The notes beneath the pieces are model-generated. The model searched no databases, was not told the origin of the DNA, and saw only the letters and a program-made list of their open reading frames with translations. This document shows, in pieces, positions 60,201 through 64,000 of a stretch of 64,000 nt of DNA. A program made the position numbers and the translations under genes. Numbering within the stretch: position 1 is the stretch's first letter; every line of letters begins with the position of its first letter. This DNA is from Minisyncoccota bacterium (GTDB taxonomy: Bacteria; Patescibacteriota; Minisyncoccia; Phycocordibacterales; VMEP01): assembly GCA_041661305.1 (NCBI GenBank), contig JBAZUR010000001.1, positions 313,986 to 377,985 on the forward strand, given 5' to 3'.

Positions 60201-63200
60201 TTGCACCAAGATTTAGATTTGAAACAGAAGTTATGCCGGATGAAAAATCATAAGTTAAATCACCCGAACCAACGTTCAAGCCTCCGGCGAATGTTGATGT
60301 TGCTGTTGTTGATGTTGCGTAGAAATAATCTGCGACAACAGGGCCGGCGACAGAAAGTTTTGCATATGGAGAAGTGGTGCCTATGCCGACGTTGCCAGTG
60401 CTTGTTATCCTCATCTTTTCTGTACCGCCTGTGATGAAGTTAATATCAGCGGAACCTGTTCCTGAAGTGTTGTTGTAAGCACGAATAGAACCAATATTAG
60501 AAGCGTAACTTATACCAAGACCTTGTCCTGTGCCCCAATATGAAGGCGAGCCAACAGCTTGAACAGATTGAGCGGTAACCCCCCCACCTTCTACGTGGAG
60601 TTTATCTGCCGGACTCGTCGTGCCGATGCCAACATTGCCGGCGTTGGTAATAATAAATTTAGTCGTTGTGTTATCGCCGACTTCAAGGATAGAATCCGAA
60701 ACATTGAAGTTACGACCAAGGAATGTTTCGTAGGTGCCTTGTTGGTTGACCCAACGTATCGTCGAGTTAGAGATATCGGCGTTCGTCGTCTTTAATATCA
60801 TCGCAACAGCCCCATAAAGATTAGAACCGGAATTCACACTCTCTGTGGCTACTGTAAGTGCTGACCCAGAAACAAGAGCCGTAGACGTCCCTACTACTGT
60901 GTTACCAAAGACACTGAGCTTTGCCGTTGGCGTCGTCGTTCCCACCCCGATATTTCCACCAAGTCTTTGCAAAATCAAGGGAAGTGATGTTTGGGCATAC
61001 TGAGTCACACCAATCTCACCAAATCCATTCGTGGTATCAACACCAATATGCATAAAACGATTACCAGCGATACTGTTTGTTTGTCCTATTCTTAATGTGT
61101 CGCTCACCGTACTCTCCACAGAAAGTTTTGCTTGCAAATCTGTAGTTCCAATACCAACCCTACTTGTTGAATAATCAACAACCAAAGAATTCGTATCAAC
61201 CGTTAAACCTCCAGCAAAAGTTGAAGTTGCGGTGGTTGATGTAGCAAAGATAGCAGAAACTTGTGGAGATGATGATGCGACAAGTGTGCCTGAGCCATCA
61301 GTGGTGATAACCATATGCTTACCAAGAGATGAGTAGACAGGAGCTGTTGTTCCATAGATTGTTCCATCTACTTCTAGATCACCTGATATGTATGCAGAGT
61401 TGTAGTAGTTTGTTGAAGCTATGCTGTCTGGTGTTGATGAGCCGACTGTGAGTAAGACTGTTGGTGTGGTGGTGCCGATGCCGACGAGGCCGTTTCCTTT
61501 CACGTTAAATAATACACTTGAACTTGAGTTCTGAACTTGAAAAATATCTGCAGTTTGTGATGATGCTCCTTGGAATACTGCTAGCGTTCTTGTGGGGGTG
61601 CTGGCATCTTGCGTAAACAACATTGCTTGTGGTGCTGAGTCATAGGCACTGTTCGAGACAGAGAACTTAAGTGTTCTGTTTGCTGAATAAATTTGATTTT
61701 GGACACCTGTTAGTTGCCCAATGGCCATCGTCCCCCCACCAGCATAAGACAAGTTGATACCTACTGTCCCTGCCCCAAGATTCTCCAGTGAAAGTGCATA
61801 CTTGTTTGTTATGTTTCCCTGATTGATTACGAATTTTGAGCTTGGATTTTCCGTACCAACTCCGACATTTCCGCTTGCAAGCACAGTCATTAAAGTAGTA
61901 GTGGAATTTCCAGCTGTTGTTGAAGCAATAGTGAATAGCGGTGTGTTTACAGCTGTGGTCGCAGAGTTTGAAATTGAAAGAACGGAATTCGGTGTCGTTG
62001 TGCCGATACCGACCAAACCATTACTATCTATTCTCATTCTTTCTACTATATTAGTGCCATTAGAAGTACCAAAACCAAGAGTTCTTTCTGCGATAGTAAC
62101 TACAGAAACCCCGTTGGTTTCCAAAGTACCAGTGCTTGACATCTTCATTGTCAAACCATTTACCATAGAAGGAGAACCACCGTTATATAACTGATAACGT
62201 GGACTTGCTTCACTGCTATAGTAATACGCAAACGTTCGGCCAGTCCCAATTCTCCAATTATCAGAAAGACTAGAGGTGATATGTAGTGGGGATTGCGGAT
62301 TACTTGTCCCAATTCCTACATTTCCACCGACAAACAAATTTGTCGTTGACGCTGTAGTTGAGTAGAAGTTTGTTGTTGTTGCACTTGTTCCTGTCGCATT
62401 TACGAATGTGAAGTTTTGAAGAGTTGATGAACCTGTTGCTAATAGATTTGCAAATGAAAGTGTGCCTGTCGCGGTAATGTTTGTTGCTGTGAGTGTGCCA
62501 CCAAAGAATCCTGAGCCGTTAACGGAGAGTGTGGTGAACGGTGATGAGGTCCCGATGCCGACATTACCGTCGTAACCAACAGTTAACATAGATGCGTTTG
62601 TTGAACTTGAAACTAGGAACACAGGACGAGTGGAACCAGATGTTCCCATTACGGAAAGTTTTGCCCAAGGAGTTGATGATCCGATTCCAACGCCATAATT
62701 TTGAATACCACCTACCCCATCAGACTCACTATAAACAGTGAGCAGAGCGTTGCCGTCTAGGTGTGCAGTGTAGCTTTCAACTGTTCCGATTGCTGAATCA
62801 GATGTCACTGGCATATCAATCCAAGAAAGAGCACCTGAGTCGGCATCAAAACTTGTTGCTCCAAGATTTAAACTTGAAATAGATGTGACTCCAGATGAAA
62901 AATCATAAACCAAACTATCTGAACCAACATTCAACCCGCCAGCAAACGTTGATGTTGCGGTGGTTGATGTTGCGTGGAAATAATCTGCGACAACAGCTCC
63001 GGCAACTGAAAGTTTTGCGTAAGGTGATGTGGTGCCGATGCCGACGTTGCCACCAAATATTGCGGTATCTGTTCCTCCTATTTGAGTCGTACCTCCAGAG
63101 AATGAACCAAATGCGACATTGTTCCCCTGGAAGCTCATCACCGGTGTTCCACTGGTAGTAAAATTGTAAGAAGTATATGCACCTCCTCCAGCACTAAGAC

Positions 63201-63999
63201 TCAAGTAGGTACCACCACCAATTCGTGCAATACGAAAATCACTTGATACACCAGACCCTGTGATGATTGTTGAACTAGCTGCAAGTGTGCCATTCACCCA
63301 CATTTGATATCCAGGATTCACCCCTGCTCCGACACTGACATTGCCACCAGCAGTTGCAAAGTATGCAGAACCAGATGAAGTGATAGCTGTGGTTGATGCG
63401 TATGGGAATGTTGAAGCTTGAGTGAGAGATGTCGCAGTGAAATATGGAGCTGTGATGGCACCTGTTACTGTGAGTGTGCCTGTTGCTGTGAGGTTTCCTC
63501 CGATATATGCATCACCTGCTACAGAGAGTTTGGCGAATGGTGAGGTTGTGCCGATGCCGACGTTGCCAGTTGAATCAATTCTTATTCTTTCAACTCCAGC
63601 TGTATTAAGTCCGATATTACTTGCCGATGGAGCATACATACCGCTTGCCAAGTCCGCGACAAATGCAAAACCAGGTGCACCAACGGATCCGTTACTTACG
63701 GCCCACCTTGCATCAGTTCCCATGGTGTTGGTCGTTACCTTGTAAACTCTGTCCACGTCATTGACTGCTGAGTTTGCAAAATATATTCCGTCATTGTCAG
63801 CCCCATGAATATATGTCCCCCCTACTATGGATAATTTGTAATTACCATTTGGGGTACTTGTACCTATACCTATTCTGCCACCATTATCAACAACGAAACT
63901 TGTCGCAGTTGAACTTCCGACAACGAAAGCAGGACCAGTGATGCCATTTGGGTTTACAGAAAGGAGTCCCCATGGGCTAGTGGTGCCGACACCAACATT
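45205..63999 (-). CDS. giant fibre/adhesin-like protein, >6,260 aa, 5'-partial
   Basis: Frame stays open from 63756 to the window end; dozens of GNVGIGTTxP repeats, NTAxG repeats, LVIVD repeats, C1q-like domain, two peptidase S74-like domains, Thr-rich tail. Confidence 0.9.
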   Translation of the reverse strand, partial: NVGVGTTSPWGLLSVNPNGITGPAFVVGSSTATSFVVDNGGRIGIGTSTPNGNYKLSIVGGTYIHGADNDGIYFANSAVNDVDRVYKVTTNTMGTDARWAVSNGSVGAPGFAFVADLASGMYAPSASNIGLNTAGVERIRIDSTGNVGIGTTSPFAKLSVAGDAYIGGNLTATGTLTVTGAITAPYFTATSLTQASTFPYASTTAITSSGSAYFATAGGNVSVGAGVNPGYQMWVNGTLAASSTIITGSGVSSDFRIARIGGGTYLSLSAGGGAYTSYNFTTSGTPVMSFQGNNVAFGSFSGGTTQIGGTDTAIFGGNVGIGTTSPYAKLSVAGAVVADYFHATSTTATSTFAGGLNVGSDSLVYDFSSGVTSISSLNLGATSFDADSGALSWIDMPVTSDSAIGTVESYTAHLDGNALLTVYSESDGVGGIQNYGVGIGSSTPWAKLSVMGTSGSTRPVFLVSSSTNASMLTVGYDGNVGIGTSSPFTTLSVNGSGFFGGTLTATNITATGTLSFANLLATGSSTLQNFTFVNATGTSATTTNFYSTTASTTNLFVGGNVGIGTSNPQSPLHITSSLSDNWRIGTGRTFAYYYSSEASPRYQLYNGGSPSMVNGLTMKMSSTGTLETNGVSVVTIAERTLGFGTSNGTNIVERMRIDSNGLVGIGTTTPNSVLSISNSATTAVNTPLFTIASTTAGNSTTTLMTVLASGNVGVGTENPSSKFVINQGNITNKYALSLENLGAGTVGINLSYAGGGTMAIGQLTGVQNQIYSANRTLKFSVSNSAYDSAPQAMLFTQDASTPTRTLAVFQGASSQTADIFQVQNSSSSVLFNVKGNGLVGIGTTTPTVLLTVGSSTPDSIASTNYYNSAYISGDLEVDGTIYGTTAPVYSSLGKHMVITTDGSGTLVASSSPQVSAIFATSTTATSTFAGGLTVDTNSLVVDYSTSRVGIGTTDLQAKLSVESTVSDTLRIGQTNSIAGNRFMHIGVDTTNGFGEIGVTQYAQTSLPLILQRLGGNIGVGTTTPTAKLSVFGNTVVGTSTALVSGSALTVATESVNSGSNLYGAVAMILKTTNADISNSTIRWVNQQGTYETFLGRNFNVSDSILEVGDNTTTKFIITNAGNVGIGTTSPADKLHVEGGGVTAQSVQAVGSPSYWGTGQGLGISYASNIGSIRAYNNTSGTGSADINFITGGTEKMRITSTGNVGIGTTSPYAKLSVAGPVVADYFYATSTTATSTFAGGLNVGSGDLTYDFSSGITSVSNLNLGATSFDSDAGALSWIDMPVTSDSAIGTVESYTAHLDGNSMLTVYGESDGVGGIQNYGVGIGSSTPFAKLSVMGTSGSTRPIFQVSSSTNASILTVSYDGKVGIGTTSPTVLLTVGSSTPDSIASTNYYNSAYIAGDLEVDGTIYGTTAPVYSSLGKHMVITTDGSGTLVASSTPQVAAIFATSTTATSTFAGYLNVGTNDSFTNPSGKLNVIGTAVSAGSTVIKNQKLFSLMLPQESTYEQVADFWMGRWQDATNNSRTALTISLNYASGSDADTDVMTLLSSGNVGIGTTTPNAKLNVLGSSGTIYANSIAKFYAANTQGVYVGYNTTNKYGYIGAITEGVTHDALVLEPSGGNVGIGTTSPDNALVVSRNTTSGSYGTYPLSAVNNDALTGYAGFAITKGTGLAGLRSRIYVDNNDDLFMGTYTSDPLTLTTNNSARVTIDTTGNVGIGTTTPGFKTQIVADGTGPYPYDNNGGAQLAISGATDPLKRLSFMIDTTNNRGVIQAARSGDQTYPLLLNPVGSNVGIGTATPAYKLDNWGTFRTHAGTNVNVDVIGALTAGAGASVRSFNDAGNVYLPMEFNASLFAFMTGNVGIGTSTPGVKLDVTSGSDYTITSERTSAAIDSIARGLMVRHKTTGDMINGFGSAVTFSIQDIAGVSNPIADIGAVRNGADNSGDIVFRPYSAGTASEQVRIKTSGNVGIGTTGPEGKLNIFSGSAGTIIANTAADDLVIENSSDVGMHFISPDANPARILFGTPADDAGAQIQYSYNSGSPLLSLLSMNANGAIVLSPGSSVEAMRLTSAGNVGIGTSTPYSKLTVWGTGTTTGQTFALVNSASTTLLQVTDNGDMNIGGYDIFYEASTTSTSISNLNFGSMNFDTDGGILSWVDMPVTSSSANGTVQSYTAQLDSNPVLTIYGQADGTGSMANTRVGVGTSTPYAKLTVWSATTTAENVFQVVNSASSTLFVINNSGYVGIGTTTPGTFKLQVLGNVGPDADNTYDLGSPTMRWQNIYATNIFSSTSPTFSSLGKHMVITTDGSGALVASSTPQVSAIFATSTTATSTFAGGMIVDTNSFVVDYSTGRVGLGTLSPSNKLDLGSSGSIVNFGASLTVLSNNQLTLNASGGVTIQNLASQDSSPLTIQTGNSAANNNDIIFKPGAVEVARIAETGFVGIGTTTPTSLLDVYGARSAGANVDFIRINSAGHGGSVADGASLAFTSGVGGTTVGRVQSVVSAGSYDLAFHTGGTIGEKMRIMANGNVGIGTTSPSALLTLDAGVVSQAFYSVLSGSRNGIAGIKIANISTGTGAQSILTFGEDTGQSATPAYLIRYNSTHSTRANDLDIHASGDLVLQPNGGNVGIGTTSPASKLAVSGGASIGANYNIAAPTNGLMVEGNVGIGTTDPVNSKLYVLNSGVANLIIGYNNTSNNYFDAGNNIFRNASAVEAMRITSTGNVGIGTTSPATTLSVHGTGSMTGLLTANSGGTLAQSVSGIRILGSSSDNNWAGGMDFTSYNGTSVYNRILNSTGGMFFYTGTSATNVERMRIDNTGNVGIGTTSPFAKLSVAGDTYIGGNFTATGTVSAGTTTLTNLIVTNTSTSTFAGSLNVNNGDFAYDYTSGITSISNLNLGATNFDADAGLVTWTDMLVSSNVAQGTVEGYVAQLNGDPVLTIYGQADGTGSMANTRVGIGTSTPYAKLTVWSATTTAENVFQAVNSASSTLFVINNSGNVGIGTTSPFAMLSVNGSGYFAGTLTATNITATGTVSFQNFTFVNATGTSATTTNFYSTTASTTNLFVGGNVGIGTNSPGARLDVSGNIRNQTSVNSFANSYTAAFGKTRVIDASNPQFELWHDGSSAGQFSYSGGTLNYGTHTGGGTQTTYLTVLSGGNVGIGTTTPGTLLSLGNTGANTINISNTATSTFGYGINLATGCFAVNGVCVGSSSGTNFFTNSGASTYLSTGTNLGIGTTSPYAKLSVQATAGGSTPLFTIASSTSGAGTSTAFHVASNGYVGIGTSNPSVALDVLGNIKLGANTGAAASPGTLITFNNSGYAAPAAPSVVGAGEKLMLWDNGGYKSTIGLNAGELYLQSSGSATGGMSFYTGTSGAGTERLKITPTGNVGVGTTSPSYKLDVAGFINTDKYSGYKQDGNTVLYASTTNTSLAVGASSASSWMSASSTPWYSVAVGQGALATTPTNATAQYNTAVGYNALTSNTTSKKNTAIGVDALYSNTTGSFNTANGMSTLYFNTTGSSNTANGLNALYSNTTGASNTAIGANALYSNTTGNTNIAIGRSALHNNASATSSIAIGYSAAEGNASYSNQGGVYLGYSAGFSAATGSDYNTFVGYNSGYGVTTGARNVFLGNSTISASYNQVTTGSNNISIGNDVAVASATASNQLNIGNLIYGVNLNGTGSTLSTGNIGIGDATPSYKLDVAGFINTDQFGGYKQDGNTVLYASTTNNALAVGASSAAGWMSASSTPWYSVAVGQGALATTPTISTAQYNTAVGYNALTANTVGYYNTANGYQALYANTTGVNNTAVGGKALTANTTGYYNTAIGMNSLLANTTGYYNTVSGTAALVANTTGYNNTASGVNSLYFNTTGYNNVASGVQALYLNTTGYQNTANGTQALYNNITGTNNTANGMNALFNNTSATSSTAVGYSAARGPSSYYNQGGTYVGYQSGYSAGNNSDYNTFLGYQSGYGVTTGSNNIWIGTATSSTAIANLTTGSQNILIGNNISLPSATASGQLNIGNIIFGTGITGTGSTLSTGNVGVGTTSPYAKLSISASSTLPAFAIVQSTSTTATGPLMSFLNGFATSSGPAASPIEFGSIRDFHMTVKGSVADTTNLPGAMALSVSGRYAYVTSDSGDRLTVVDVTNPSTPVVVGSVKDSINLNAPRSISVSGRYAYVGAQDNNGLAVVDISNPTTPVVVGSVKDNTKLNAPRAVSVSGRYAYVTSSGGARLTVVDISNPTNPVVIGSVNDATNLSIAIGLSVSGRYAYVAAAGSSRLTVVDISNPTTPIVVGSVNDAVNLGSAISVYASGRYVYVGANGTSRLTIVDVSNPSTPVVVGSVFDADNLSAPQSMFVSGSYAYVTTLSGSNRLTVVDISTPTNPFVVGSLKDSTNLSSAAAVYVSGRYAYVTAYGTSRLTVVNLAGIEIPTVLTGNLQSSSVTVWDNMDIGNNLYVRGGLNLGQGGLFSNGSGTFMQSTSTSLVLSPALYAGTFDSNTSSNADVLTITHGGWATTTPGANGISTSLLFAAGNTSATTTNIGRISAIFTNAGGTATTSALTFSTLNGYSLSEKMRLDDNGYLGIGTTTPWGQLSVNPNGITGPAFVIGSSTATKFIVTNGGKVGIGTSNPTAALTIGSGQIIIPDGSTAAPSIAFADSTNTGIARVAGNTVGLVANGIEVARVNPTQLTIQISGSASIPTLTVGNDTTTGFFRPSANAIGITISGTERIRIDSTGNVGFGTTTPSAKLTVYGDTLLNGTSRYLNFGTSTGTGGYGLRDNAGTLEFKNLNGTWQGMNTATTGPSFSVYKNGTSQVITAGGGNTTVTFDAERFDTNNNFDLTTERFTPTVAGKYILTVNLTTDTFATCTVGNGVTVYITKNGGGLTSSALLGNGSYVVGVPSLSVVADANGTTDYFSLIINNTCGGDHTLGNNSTFTGALIAPVNATAGGWQNDGVQSFLADYADKVGIGTTSPYAKLSIHANAGETNTTLFSIGSSTSAYATSTLFSVSNAGNLTVSGTATSTFAGFIDVNGTGTNATSTFASNLWVKGTLRTGTGSMYMNDGGISSSNGNILINNSGNSYFNGGNFGVGTSTPWGQLSVNPNGITGPAFVIGSSTKTDFIVTNGGGVGIGLANPAGPLHISHSGSNSAAFIVGDVNTFGNDTGMYLRTSGTAYIGTHSATGKIRITTTTFGSSGNGITIATGGNVGIGTTTPSAVLNVYSGTSETARFESNVSTGAYTTFYDSTANGARGYVGYGATLFGTADSSLFGLRSQGSITFATNGGNRQMTIDTNGKTGIGTTPSANYSLNIPSGSAGSGLRVGVVAIGNSGGNYGSTGYNFRTTDTTDSYLYDVSDKASQIRYGAGGGIGVRVMTAPSGTAGNAITFTAGPYVADQGVDWVSGSDVRLKKNIESLSVLNRLDNYRAVAFDWKGTGKHDIGVIAQELYPIFPEVVIKGSDNDDPNLKDTDSGAWGVSYSKLGALALQGVKELNTRTSFISSATTTSVLTVDVNGNVGIGTTTPNRALSVAGDVGATAFVNTSTKTAKKDISYTTASSAEDMFNQLINLKTATYRYNAEENSEPLRLGFIAEDAQVVAPEILSPDGKGVDLYKLATFTLSGVQTLASKVDSMKDFDTQISASLALATSTIATNAWVIDKTTGATTLSTTTVLNLKGSSIKEVSSILGVDGKWSVDENGKFVGDTVEVKKINTEDIYVAKDLNVGADAVFSGNVGIGIATTGSTTGAIGIAPTATARLTVQNNFGGSTSKIGETMTFVALDAVGNTSFAITGDGRVGIGTSAPKSALSISAPSPRLTLTDTASVIDSISGGNVGVGTTTKDWFVESRNGTFSIGEVSSSSDNSSSSTENIYLSISATSTPVLTFAGDIKANIISAKAIISDSICVASFCDSFGSRTISSDKVALAESGIAEHFADLSSSDVEAGDIVAMSATTTQATNLAVEPPSEMGATTTSAVLVRADKTNATSIVGIANVAGLTFSSTSTSPSVVFSGKTVVKVSTEGGVIKPGDRITLSSVPGVGMKATTSSQTIGIALGLFDGTQSATSTVTSVNVDGTFVYQGSVAVAVSVGWTRLDGALTSATSTSATLAVDSVSGRVLSQGVLDMAGFAVENVSAITSSSGTWSIDASGKLLADNIEVRGGIKVGSPERRSGITMYDEEFGTPYCLTISGGLPKTTSGECLVGGATTATQTSSSSVVGAIVDAISGSVNALTEPTATYTAPTTETTTTTTDTTTTPVVDTTTTTPVETVAPTTTETATTTDTVATSTPAI
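46758..46786. repeat. palindromic element inside the giant CDS (encodes NFGGSTSKI)
   Basis: CAATTTTGGAGGT-tga-GCCTCCAAAATTG. Confidence 0.75.
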
Positions 64000-64000
64000 G

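Noticed and set aside
45383-63745. Numerous plus-strand and alternate-frame ORFs within the giant gene
   Set aside because: Shadows of Gly/Thr/Ser-rich repeats (VVPMPTLP is antisense GNVGIGTT), with no independent motifs.
1-64000. Alternative genetic code 25 (TGA read as Gly)
   Set aside because: Conserved genes are full length under code 11, and TGA terminates genes such as rpe and the transglycosylase.

Overview
This is a low-GC bacterial chromosome segment with no phage, CRISPR array or rRNA. It most likely comes from a Patescibacteria/CPR (Parcubacteria-like) organism. The basis is inference from streamlined thrS, pheS and pheT, a split transketolase, PaaX/Cas2-like and four-helix-bundle genes, and giant ATSTT-rich surface proteins. 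TGA is used as a stop codon. Layout: (1) 1-14.5 kb, housekeeping genes (rnhB, dnaE, thrS, gyrB, pheT, pheS, a GT2); (2) 14.6-24.1 kb, an accessory island with a class F sortase, two DUF3494 ice-binding proteins, a two-component system, stress proteins and an ECF sigma factor; (3) tRNA-Thr(TGT), tsf, rpsB, prfA, rpmE, a lytic transglycosylase and rplY; (4) a glycolysis/pentose-phosphate cluster interrupted by two four-helix-bundle genes; (5) a PaaX/Cas2-like gene between two long palindromes; (6) three LamG genes and a >6,200-aa fibre/adhesin-like gene running off the window end. The strongest unexplained signals are five. First, three dispersed copies of a covarying three-way-junction RNA motif lie just 3' of genes. 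Second, an NlpC/P60 peptidase domain is inserted inside PheT. Third, six TGTAAY-N16-CGKC promoters define a self-contained ECF regulon across the ice-binding island. Fourth, an intact tRNA-Thr is nested inside an interrupted copy of itself. Fifth, a Cas2-like gene is bracketed by palindromes. All calls are from manual reading; no database searches were run.
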